Shown in pieces: positions 50,617-59,381 of a stretch of DNA of 64,000 bases (positions are counted from its first letter, which is position 1; every line of letters starts with the position of its first letter). The position numbers were made by a program, and so were the translations under genes. The notes under the pieces were generated by a model that searched no databases, was not told the DNA's origin, and saw only the letters and a program-made list of their open reading frames with translations. Origin of the DNA: Candidatus Sulfomarinibacteraceae bacterium (GTDB taxonomy: Bacteria > Acidobacteriota > Thermoanaerobaculia > Thermoanaerobaculales > Sulfomarinibacteraceae); contig CAWCLO010000003.1 of the NCBI GenBank assembly GCA_963796455.1, forward strand, positions 64,001 through 128,000. The letters are read 5' to 3'.

Positions 50617-51636
50617 ATGTATGAGATCCAGATTCACCCCGCAGACATCAGGAAGCAGGTCCGATACTACTTCCTCAGCCGAAAGGGATTTCGGTGGCTG
50701 ACCGTGTTCTGGGCGGCCATTGTTCTCCTGTTGGCGGCCGGGGCGGTCCTCGCTCCCGTCGGTTTGCAGTCGCTTTTCCAGACGGGAAGACTCCACACTC
50801 TGTCACAACAACACGAGCTCCAGCACGAGATACTGACGCAACGCAGCATCGCCCTGGATCGGCTCGAAAAGGAAGTCAACACGGCTCGTGCCCTGCAGCG
50901 ACAGATGAGCTTGATTCTGGGCGCCCCACAGGATTCGTTGGGTCTCGGTGGTTATCCCGAGACAGCGAAGCAGGAATTTCACGTGGCCGAGGCCCAGGCC
51001 GCTGTCCAGAGGAGCCTCAAACTCGACACCGACATGATGGCCCTGCTGACCCTTGCCGATGATCTCTCGAGTTTTGCCCGCGAGAACGACGATCTGGCGC
51101 AATCGGTGCCTTCGATCTGTCCGCTGCCAATCGGCACATTCGTTCTCACCTCGCCATTCGGGAATCGCACCTCGCCATTCACCAATTCCCTTGATTTCCA
51201 TTCCGGCATCGACCTCGCGGCGCGGGAAGGAACGCCGGTGCTCTCCGCCGGTGGCGGAAAGGTGGTCTTTGCGGGCCGCTACCCCTTGCGGCGAAATGTC
51301 AGATGGTGGCGTTACGGCAACGTCGTGGTGATATCTCACGGCGACCGCTACCTCACGATCTATGCTCACCTTCAGGAAATCACGGTCCGCCGCGGGGCCA
51401 CCTTGCGACGGGGTGAAGAGCTGGGGACGGTCGGCAACACAGGTTGGAGCACCTCGCCCCATCTTCACTACGAGGTTCGGATGATGTCGGAGACCAACGA
51501 CGACCTGGTTCCGGCGGATCCGAGGATCTATATTCTCAACTACCAGTGGACCGGGCACGAAGAGTTGCTGGTTCGCGGCCGCACGGCTCCGGCACCATCC
51601 TTTGATCCGCTGCCGTCGCGCATGCGGGGGAAATAA
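50617..51636 (+). CDS. Membrane-anchored M23-family metallopeptidase
   Basis: TM helix, coiled coil, TSPFGNR, FHSGID, YAHL, GNTGWSTSPHLHYE. Confidence 0.93.
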   Translation: MYEIQIHPADIRKQVRYYFLSRKGFRWLTVFWAAIVLLLAAGAVLAPVGLQSLFQTGRLHTLSQQHELQHEILTQRSIALDRLEKEVNTARALQRQMSLILGAPQDSLGLGGYPETAKQEFHVAEAQAAVQRSLKLDTDMMALLTLADDLSSFARENDDLAQSVPSICPLPIGTFVLTSPFGNRTSPFTNSLDFHSGIDLAAREGTPVLSAGGGKVVFAGRYPLRRNVRWWRYGNVVVISHGDRYLTIYAHLQEITVRRGATLRRGEELGTVGNTGWSTSPHLHYEVRMMSETNDDLVPADPRIYILNYQWTGHEELLVRGRTAPAPSFDPLPSRMRGK

Positions 51637-51640
51637 CGCC

Positions 51641-52420
51641 ATGGAAGAAGCCAAGAACTTCCCGACCATGATCATCCCGAACGGAACCGATGTCTCGGTC
51701 AACGAGAACGGACAACTTTCGATCCGGACACCGGGGAACCTCGTGATCCAGAATTCGGGTGTGTATTCGGTGATTGAGAGCGGTAACGGTTCCGTCCGTA
51801 TCGACCCAGATGTCAAGGTCGAGGCGGTTTCGGTACAAGCGGCCGAATCCTGCTTCGTTGCCGGCCAGCTGACGGCGTGGCGGGTGCGCGCCCGCACCAT
51901 CACGCTCGAACGGGGCGCCCAGGCCAACATCATGCTTCAGGAGTCCGAATCGCTCGAACTCGATCGCAATGCACGGTTGGTGGGGAACTTCGCCTCCGAA
52001 AAAGAACTCTACCTGACGCTGGGGCGTTTCAGCAGGGAGCTCCGAAACCTCCCGACCGGAGTCTTTTCCGGCGACAGCCCGGCCCGTCCCCTCGCGAGCC
52101 CGCCGGTCATTGAGTCGGTGGCCGGCGAGGGGCTCGACGAGTCTTCGGGCCCAGCTGGGGCCGAAAAAGAACCGACTGTCGAGGAGCGGCAACAAAAGAG
52201 CGAGGTCCTGTCTCTGGTTCGGGTCATCCTCGAGCGGGAAATGGGACGGGTCAGTTCCGACGGGAAGGGCCGCGAGTCGCTCGAGAAACTGCTCGAACTG
52301 GTGCGGAGCAAGGACCTCGATCAACTCCGCGAAAACTACCGCTATCTCATATCCCAGGTTGATTCCCCCACCGAAGAGCTGGAGCGGGCCCAGGACATCA
52401 TCGCAAAAATGGTGAGCTGA
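51641..52420 (+). CDS. Bactofilin-like (beta-helix) protein with helical C-terminal extension
   Basis: N-terminal ~115 aa of short strand-Gly repeats (TMIIPNGT..GNLVI..GSVRI..VAGQL..ITLERGA..LELDRNARLVGN); 4 nt after the M23 gene. Confidence 0.6.
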   Translation: MEEAKNFPTMIIPNGTDVSVNENGQLSIRTPGNLVIQNSGVYSVIESGNGSVRIDPDVKVEAVSVQAAESCFVAGQLTAWRVRARTITLERGAQANIMLQESESLELDRNARLVGNFASEKELYLTLGRFSRELRNLPTGVFSGDSPARPLASPPVIESVAGEGLDESSGPAGAEKEPTVEERQQKSEVLSLVRVILEREMGRVSSDGKGRESLEKLLELVRSKDLDQLRENYRYLISQVDSPTEELERAQDIIAKMVS

Positions 52421-52633
52421 CCCGATCGTCACTCCGGGTCGTTTATCGGGTCAATACCCGGTCCAAGTCTGGTTTCCTCGTCCCGTGTAATGGTAATCTG
52501 CGGCCTGACGCTGCGCCATACTCAGCATTAAAGCGGTTTTCGCAGCGCGAGCGGCGATCCAGGGTGTTTTCCATCTACGGGGGATGCCCGGCGATCAATG
52601 CGGAACGAGCGCCCGCAGAGAGGATTCTGAGCC

Positions 52634-53758
52634 ATGAACGAGCCCGGTCGAGCAGAAAGAACACCCCTGTATGAAGAACACCTTGCAGCCGGCGGCCGAA
52701 TGGTCGAGTTCGCCGGTTTCGAGCTGCCCGTTCAATACACCAGCCTGGTCGAAGAGCACCAGGCCGTGCGTCAGCGGGCCGGCCTTTTTGATGTCTCGCA
52801 CATGGGCGAGATCTTTGTCCGCGGCCCAGGCGCCCTCGATTTTGTCCAGCTTGTTTCATGCAACGATCACCAGAAGATGACGGTCGGTCGAGCTCAATAC
52901 ACCGGCCTGATGTATCCCGAAGGCACCTTCGTCGATGACACTCTGGTCCACAAAATGGCTGATGACGAGTACCTGCTCGTGGTCAATGCCGCCAACCGAC
53001 ACAAGGATTTTGCCTACCTCGCGGATCTGGCCCGCGATCGTGACGATGTGGAAGTCACCGACGCCTCGGAGGACTGGGCGCAGATCGCCATACAGGGCCC
53101 TCTGGCAGCCGAGATTCTGCAGCCGCTGTCCGATCAGAATCTCGGCGAAATCAAGTACTACCGATTCGTCAACAGCCAGGTCGCCGGTTCACCGGCCATT
53201 GTCGCCCGCACCGGCTACACCGGCGAGGACGGCTTCGAGGTTTATGTGGCCCCTGACGCCGCACCCGGAGTCTGGCGGGCCCTGCTTGAAGAGGGCCGCC
53301 CGAAGGGACTGCAACCGGCCGGTCTCGGTGCCCGCGACACGCTCCGCTTCGAAGCCGGGATGTGCCTGTACGGAAACGATATCGACCAGAACACGACCCC
53401 GCTCGAGGCCGGGCTGGGCTGGATCGTCAAATTGAAGAACAAGGGTGATTTCATAGGTCGCGACGTCATCGAAAAGCAAAAGGAAGATGGCGTCGAGCGC
53501 AAGTTGACCGGATTCGAGCTCGTCGACCGCGGCATCGCGCGGCACGGATATCCTGTCTTTCTCAAGGAAAACGACGATGACCCGGTCGCCGAGGTCACCT
53601 CCGGCACCCAGAGCCCGACCCTTGGCAAGGCGCTCGGAATGACCTATCTTCCGACGGCGTCGACCGAGATCGGGACCGAGTTCTATGTCAAAATCCGCAA
53701 TCGTCTGGTTCGGGCGCGAGTGGTGGGCCTCCCGTTCTACTCGCGGAAGAAATCCTGA
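52634..53758 (+). CDS. gcvT: Glycine cleavage aminomethyltransferase T
   Basis: RTPLY, GLFDVSHMGE, IAIQGP, RTGYTGEDGFE, GLGARDTLRFEAG. Confidence 0.97.
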   Translation: MNEPGRAERTPLYEEHLAAGGRMVEFAGFELPVQYTSLVEEHQAVRQRAGLFDVSHMGEIFVRGPGALDFVQLVSCNDHQKMTVGRAQYTGLMYPEGTFVDDTLVHKMADDEYLLVVNAANRHKDFAYLADLARDRDDVEVTDASEDWAQIAIQGPLAAEILQPLSDQNLGEIKYYRFVNSQVAGSPAIVARTGYTGEDGFEVYVAPDAAPGVWRALLEEGRPKGLQPAGLGARDTLRFEAGMCLYGNDIDQNTTPLEAGLGWIVKLKNKGDFIGRDVIEKQKEDGVERKLTGFELVDRGIARHGYPVFLKENDDDPVAEVTSGTQSPTLGKALGMTYLPTASTEIGTEFYVKIRNRLVRARVVGLPFYSRKKS

Positions 53759-53791
53759 CGAGTCCGTATTAACCGCAAGGAGGAGTTAACA

Positions 53792-54175
53792 ATGACCGTA
53801 CCGACAAATCTCAAGTTCGCGCGATCCCACGAATGGGCCCGTGTCGATGGCGACACAGTTGTGGTGGGCATCAGCAAATATGCCCAGGATCAGCTGGGTG
53901 AAGTGGTCTATGTGGAGCTACCCGACGTCGGCACCAGTGTCGATGCCGGAGACGAGCTCGGCACTCTCGAATCGGTCAAGGCGGTCTCGGAGTTTCTCTC
54001 GCCGGTTGGCGGCGAGGTCACCGAAATCAACGAGCGCCTCGAGGACGAACCGAATCTGATCAACCTGGCCCCCTACGGTAACGGCTGGCTGGTCAAGCTG
54101 AAGGCGACCGGAGAGAACGGTGAACTTCTCGACGCAGAAGGTTACCAGGCGTTTCTGGAGCAGGAGAACGGCTGA
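53792..54175 (+). CDS. gcvH: Glycine cleavage H protein
   Basis: SHEW, AQDQLGEVVYVELP, ESVKA (lipoyl lysine), PYGNGWL. Confidence 0.97.
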   Translation: MTVPTNLKFARSHEWARVDGDTVVVGISKYAQDQLGEVVYVELPDVGTSVDAGDELGTLESVKAVSEFLSPVGGEVTEINERLEDEPNLINLAPYGNGWLVKLKATGENGELLDAEGYQAFLEQENG

Positions 54176-55534
54176 TGCATCCATGGGTCGGGGCCGGAGA
54201 AGAAGACCGGCGGAAGATACTCTCTGAGCTCGGTCTGACCTCCATCGACCAGCTCTTTGCCACCATTCCGGGCGAGGTCTGCGTCGACAAACTCGATCTG
54301 CCCGATGCCCAGGACGAGGACAGCGTCCGTTTGAAGATGGCGCAAATGGCGATCAGCAACAAGGCAATGGATTGTGCTCCCTGCTTTCTTGGGGCCGGTG
54401 TCTATCGCCACATCCAACCGGCGGTCGTCGACGCGGTGTTGTCCCGGGCAGAGTTCTTCACCTCCTATACCCCCTATCAGCCCGAGATATCTCCAGGGCA
54501 CCCTCCAGGTCATCTTCGAGTTCCAGACCCTGATCAGCCGTCTCACAGGTCTCGATGTGGCCAACGCATCCTTGTATGACGGAGCTACGGCCCTGGTGGA
54601 GGCAATCCTCTTCAGCCACCGCGTTCTGCGCTCGAAGAGAAATGCCGTCCTGGTGGCGGAGACAGTCCACCCGATGTACCGAAGGGTGTTGCAGACCTAC
54701 GCCGAACCAGCCGGTATCGAGATCATCCTGGTGCCGCCGGGTGAGGATGGCGCGATCGATCCCGCTCACATCGATCAAAGTGATCTCGACCGTGCCAGCA
54801 GCGTGGTGATTCAGTCTCCGAATTTTCTCGGTATCGTGGAGGACCTCCCCGGTCTGGCCGAAAGAGCGCACGGCGGAGGCGCACTGGCGGTTCAGATCGT
54901 GACCGAGGCAGTTTCGCTGGGGCTGCTTGCGGGCGGCGGCGACTTCGGTTTCGACGTGGTCTGCGGCGAGGCCCAGTCTTTTGGCGTTGCGCCCGGCTTT
55001 GGCGGGCCCCATCTGGGCTTCTTCGCCTGTTCAGCAAAAAACATCCGCCAGATGCCCGGTCGTCTCGTCGGCGAGTCGATCGACGAGGACGGCCAACGCG
55101 CCTTCTGCCTCACCCTCTCGACCCGGGAGCAACACATCCGGCGCGCCAAAGCGACATCGAATATCTGCACCAACCAGGGACTGATGGCCCTGGCGGCGAC
55201 CATCTGGCTCGAGACCGTCGGCGGCTCCGGTCTGCGCGAGCTCGCGAGTTCCTGTCTGTCGCGCTCCGAAGATCTCAAGCGGAGAATCACCGAACTCGGT
55301 GATCCCTGGCGGCTGGCCTACCCGCAAAGCCCCACATTCAATGAGTTTCTCCTGCTCGGACCAGGTACAGGCACCGAGATCGTGGAGCGACTCGCCGACG
55401 AGGGAATTCTCGGCGGCGTTCCGACCACTTCATGGCAGGGCAGCTGGCCCGATGGTGTTCTGGTGGCGGTCACCGAACGCAACTCAGCGGACGAGATCGA
55501 AGCCCTCGTGGCGGCGCTCGGGAGGCTGTCATGA
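54175..55534 (+). pseudogene. gcvPA: Glycine dehydrogenase subunit 1 GcvPA, split by one extra base near 54492 (probably an assembly error)
   Basis: FLGAG..YTPYQPEIS in ORF 54175-54579 continues as QGTLQVIFEFQ..NASLYDG..TREQHIRRAKATSNICTNQ in the +1 frame. Confidence 0.92.
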
Positions 55535-57015
55535 AACGCCGCGCCCTCCGCGACGAACCGCTTTTCTTCGAACGCAACCCGCAGCGCGTGCGGCGGCAGG
55601 GATATCTGATTCCGCCGCTGGATGTTCCCGAAGTGGATCCTCGGGCCGTCCTGCCCGCGAAACTCGTCCGGGAACCCGATCCCCACTTCCCCGATGTCTC
55701 GGAGCTCGAAGTGGTGCAGCATTTCCACCGCCTGAGCCAGCTCAACTACGCGGTCGACGAGGGACTCTACCCCCTCGGCTCGTGCACCATGAAATACAAC
55801 CCGAGAATCAACGAGCAGACGGCTCGTTTCCCCGGTTTTGCTTCACTTCACCCCTTCCAACCGCCTTCCCAGGTCCAGGGCGCGTTGCGCGCGATCTGGG
55901 AGCTCGAGGAAGCACTGAAGACCATCACCGGAATGCCGGGGGTCACGTTGCAGCCGGCCGCGGGCGCTCACGGCGAACTCACCGGCATCCTCATGATCCG
56001 CAAGGCCCTGGAAGCCCGTGGTGAGAACCGTGAAGTGGTCCTCGTCCCCGACTCCGCCCACGGCACAAACCCGGCCACAGCTGTTTTTGCGGGTTTCAGC
56101 TCGGTGGAAATCGCCTCCGCCGACGATGGCACGGTCAGCCTCGAGGTCCTCGACCAGGTCATGGACGAGAACGTCGCGGCCGTCATGCTCACGGTGCCGA
56201 ACACCCTGGGGGTCTTCGAGCACCGCATCGTCGAAATCTCGAAGCTCGTCCATGAGCGCGGCGGTCTGGTCTACGTCGACGGCGCCAACCTCAACTCATT
56301 CGTCGGCCGTGCGCTCCCCGGGCTCATGGGCGCCGACGCCATGCACATCAATCTCCATAAGACCTTTTCGACTCCGCACGGCGGCGGCGGTCCGGGAGCC
56401 GGCCCCGTGACCGTTTCCGAGGCGCTCCTCCCCCACCTGCCGGTGCCGCGCGTGGTTCGCACGGGCGACCGGTTCGATCTCCTGTGGGATGATCCGGAAT
56501 CCATCGGTCCAATGCGGGGCTACTACGGGAATTTCCTGATCCTGATTCGCGCCCTGACCTACATCTGGAGCCTCGGCGCCGATGGATTGCGCGCGATGTC
56601 GGATGTGGCGGTGCTCTACGCCAACCTCGTCCGCCATCGCCTCAAGGACGCCTACCACCTCAAGTACGATGCCCCGAGCATGCACGAGGTCGTCTTCGAC
56701 GACAGCCTGCAGGCGCGGCACGAGGTCCACAACACGGACATCGCCAAACGTCTTCTCGACTACGGCTACCATCCGCCTACCATGTCCTTCCCTCTCATCG
56801 TTCATGGAGCGCTGATGATCGAACCGGCCGAGAGCGCCGCCCCCGAAGAAATTGAATCCTTCTGTGAAGCGATGCTCGAAATCGCGGCCGAGGTCGAAAA
56901 CGACCCCGAGTTGGTTCGCTCAGCCCCGCACGAGACCCCGGTGCGTCGGGTCGACGAGGTTCGCGCCGCGCGCAAATTGATCACCAGGTGGACTCCGGAA
57001 AAAGAGGCTGAATGA
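55531..57015 (+). CDS. gcvPB: Glycine dehydrogenase subunit 2 GcvPB
   Basis: YPLGSCTMKYNP, QPAAGAHGE, SAHGTNPA, HINLHKTFSTPHGGGGPG; ATG at 55531 after GGAGG. Confidence 0.96.
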   Translation: MKRRALRDEPLFFERNPQRVRRQGYLIPPLDVPEVDPRAVLPAKLVREPDPHFPDVSELEVVQHFHRLSQLNYAVDEGLYPLGSCTMKYNPRINEQTARFPGFASLHPFQPPSQVQGALRAIWELEEALKTITGMPGVTLQPAAGAHGELTGILMIRKALEARGENREVVLVPDSAHGTNPATAVFAGFSSVEIASADDGTVSLEVLDQVMDENVAAVMLTVPNTLGVFEHRIVEISKLVHERGGLVYVDGANLNSFVGRALPGLMGADAMHINLHKTFSTPHGGGGPGAGPVTVSEALLPHLPVPRVVRTGDRFDLLWDDPESIGPMRGYYGNFLILIRALTYIWSLGADGLRAMSDVAVLYANLVRHRLKDAYHLKYDAPSMHEVVFDDSLQARHEVHNTDIAKRLLDYGYHPPTMSFPLIVHGALMIEPAESAAPEEIESFCEAMLEIAAEVENDPELVRSAPHETPVRRVDEVRAARKLITRWTPEKEAE

Positions 57016-57119
57016 GTTTTGAGTTTTGAGTGTTGAGTTTTGAGTTGAGAACCGTAGTGAGCGAGCTCGCCGGTGGGCGGGCGGAAACTCAAACCTCATA
57101 ACTCAAACCTCAAAACTGA
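57013..57119. repeat. GAGTTTT/AAAACTC heptamer tandem-inverted repeat between convergent genes
   Basis: tgagttttgagttttgagtgttgagttttgagtt ... gcgggcggaaactcaaacctcataactcaaacctcaaaactga. Confidence 0.82.
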
Positions 57120-57120
57120 A

Positions 57121-57408
57121 TCACGACGTGATTCTCAGCCATGGGCCATCGATGCGGCGATCGCGGCAGGACGGACAGCGCCCCGGTGGATGCAGCGCCT
57201 TCTTGCTGAAATCGAAGCCGCAAGCCAGGCATTCGGCAGTTCTGATTTCCAGCCGTTCGCCGCCTGCTTTGACGGAACGATCGATATGCCGGAGATCCTC
57301 TTCGAGAACCTTGACGGTGAGACTGAATTCATGGCGCAGCTCGTCAAACGACCACTCGCGTTCTCGTAACTGCTGGCAGAGGTCCTGCCGGCGGGTGCGC
57401 TGCCTCAT
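57121..57408 (-). CDS. Small HTH plus Zn-ribbon predicted transcriptional regulator (COG3357-like)
   Basis: TRRQ..EDLRHIDRS, CLACGF, PGRCPSC; ATG overlaps the upstream stop. Confidence 0.82.
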   Translation of the reverse strand: MRQRTRRQDLCQQLREREWSFDELRHEFSLTVKVLEEDLRHIDRSVKAGGERLEIRTAECLACGFDFSKKALHPPGRCPSCRDRRIDGPWLRITS

Positions 57409-57986
57409 TATTCGTCCGGGTTTTCCTCGAACCATTGCAGGATCGGAACGCCATCGATCCACAACTCCTCGAGCACGCCGAAACCGTTCTTGACTCGAAC
57501 AGTGATCGAAGCATTCCGCTGTCCCCGGGGCCCCCTCCAAACCGCGGCTTCGGCCTTCGGCGCAAGGCCTTCATCCATGTAGTAGCGGGCAAAGGGTGTC
57601 AGCGCAAGCGAAACCCAGCGCATCTCGTCAGCGTCCGAATAGACCCCGCCGCCAAGGAGTTTCAGAAAGGGTCCCTCGTCGGGTGGATCGAGGGAGACCG
57701 GGCCGAAGCCCGCATAGCCCTCACCGTCAACAATGAGAGGCACAAAGACCCACTCGCGGCGACTCAGCTCGAACGACTCAGCCGCCGGCGCCTTGTTTTC
57801 GGCCATCCGGATAGCCACATAGCGGCCGCGGAAGGCATCAACCGGATCCACCGGCTGGATCCGGAAGCGAAAGACCTCGCCCGAACGCAGCGTCGCCTCG
57901 GAGCGCAGGACGGCGCCACCCGCGACGATCAACTGGATTACTGCGACGAAAATGAAGAGCACGACACGGAGAGTGCGCCAATTCAT
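57408..57986 (-). CDS. GDYXXLXY-domain membrane-anchored protein
   Basis: N-terminal TM, PVDPVDAFRGRYVAI, RYYMDE; follows the DUF2157 gene. Confidence 0.88.
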   Translation of the reverse strand: MNWRTLRVVLFIFVAVIQLIVAGGAVLRSEATLRSGEVFRFRIQPVDPVDAFRGRYVAIRMAENKAPAAESFELSRREWVFVPLIVDGEGYAGFGPVSLDPPDEGPFLKLLGGGVYSDADEMRWVSLALTPFARYYMDEGLAPKAEAAVWRGPRGQRNASITVRVKNGFGVLEELWIDGVPILQWFEENPDE

Positions 57987-59314
57987 TTTCCGCCCTCCTC
58001 ATCCGATCGCATCTTCTTTGCCAGAACGACGTTCGCCAACAAAAAGCCGACGCCGATCAGGATGAAGGCGAGACCGCGGGCGACAAAACCGAGCTCCGAA
58101 GAAAAGAATCTGACAACGACCTGGATCGCGACCACCGACATCCCGAGATTGACCCTCGCCAGACTCTGTTGCCGCGCGCCGAGCGCGATGGTCCCGACCC
58201 CGACCGCAAAAAGCACCAGATTGAAGGCCAGGGCGCCGATCCACTCCTCATCGATGGCGGCGGCGATCGGCCAACTGACGGCCGCCACAGGAATTGACAG
58301 AAGCCACAGAAACTGGAGTTTGTACCGGGAAACATCGAGCCATCGAAAAGCCACGAAAACAGCCGCAACCGGCAAACCGATTGCCAGCGCCACATCCAAC
58401 CACGACGCCATCGAATGATATTGTTCCGCTGTGCGGATGTGATGCCAACCGATATGCTGCCACGGTTCGGCGAAGCTCAGGATCACCCACAGAACCATCG
58501 ATCCCAAGAACCCGACCGCCTCAAGGGGTCTTCTCCACATTCGTTCTTCGCTGTCCCGGACGGCCGCGCCGACAACGATCATGAGGGCGAAGAGACCACA
58601 GTAGACGCCGATCCACAGACCCGGGACCCGGCGCTCCAGACCGATCCCCGTCGCAAAGCAGAGAAAGATGGCCATCGCCCATTGCAGATTTGCCGCTCGC
58701 AGTCCGCGCCGGTCTTCGCGAAGCACCTGGACCGCGTGCGGTATCACCGCGAGGGCCAACGGCCAGATCATGAGCACCTGGGTGCCATCGATCGCCGACA
58801 TCCCCGCCCACCAGGTGAGGATCGCGAGATAGATCATTGCGACCGCCGTCGATCCGAGTAACCACGGCAGCGCGGCCAGCAACCAGGCCCAACGCCACAG
58901 GAAGGAATCGAGATCGCCGCCCGTATGGTAGGTCTGGTCCACAAGAGCGATGGCTGTGGCGACCGACAATGCGAGCAATGTGGCCGTTCCTTCACGCCAC
59001 GCGACCGAATCGACCCGTCGCAACAGCACCCAGACCACAAGCGCCTGCACCGCGATCAGCGGCACGAGCGCAATGGCAGCCCGCGCACCGCGACCGAGGT
59101 ACTCCCAGTTGTGCGCCAGCAGCAGGATGACACCACCCCCGATCAGGAGGGCGCCGAAGACCGCACATACGGCCAGAATCACCCTTTTCCCGACGCTTCC
59201 GGCAGATATCTCATAGTGGGAGCGAAGCCGCTCTGCAACCTCGTTGTCGATGACTTCCTCGGCCTCCAGTTTTGGAAGCTCGGAAAGAAACCAGGAAATA
59301 TTTCGTCGTCCCAT
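57983..59314 (-). CDS. DUF2157 multi-pass membrane protein
   Basis: GALLIGGGVILLLAHNW, IALVDQTYH, many TM helices. Confidence 0.88.
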   Translation of the reverse strand: MGRRNISWFLSELPKLEAEEVIDNEVAERLRSHYEISAGSVGKRVILAVCAVFGALLIGGGVILLLAHNWEYLGRGARAAIALVPLIAVQALVVWVLLRRVDSVAWREGTATLLALSVATAIALVDQTYHTGGDLDSFLWRWAWLLAALPWLLGSTAVAMIYLAILTWWAGMSAIDGTQVLMIWPLALAVIPHAVQVLREDRRGLRAANLQWAMAIFLCFATGIGLERRVPGLWIGVYCGLFALMIVVGAAVRDSEERMWRRPLEAVGFLGSMVLWVILSFAEPWQHIGWHHIRTAEQYHSMASWLDVALAIGLPVAAVFVAFRWLDVSRYKLQFLWLLSIPVAAVSWPIAAAIDEEWIGALAFNLVLFAVGVGTIALGARQQSLARVNLGMSVVAIQVVVRFFSSELGFVARGLAFILIGVGFLLANVVLAKKMRSDEEGGK

Positions 59315-59320
59315 AAAACC

Positions 59321-59345
59321 AACCGGGGCGCTGGTCGCCCCGGTT
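59321..59345 (-). terminator. GC-rich hairpin between the tricorn and DUF2157 genes (terminator or 5' leader stem)
   Basis: AACCGGGGCG-ctggt-CGCCCCGGTT, followed on the minus strand by GGTTTT and then the DUF2157 ATG; TATAAT just upstream. Confidence 0.45.
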
Positions 59346-59381
59346 AGAATTATAAACGATTGACAGATATAAATTTAAATC

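Noticed and set aside
52500..52633. Canonical glycine riboswitch before gcvT
   Set aside because: The conserved aptamer motifs are not visible; kept only as a candidate novel leader.
26845..54495. Programmed frameshifting in epmA or gcvPA
   Set aside because: No slippery site or obvious stimulator, and I know of no precedent in these families; an indel error is simpler.
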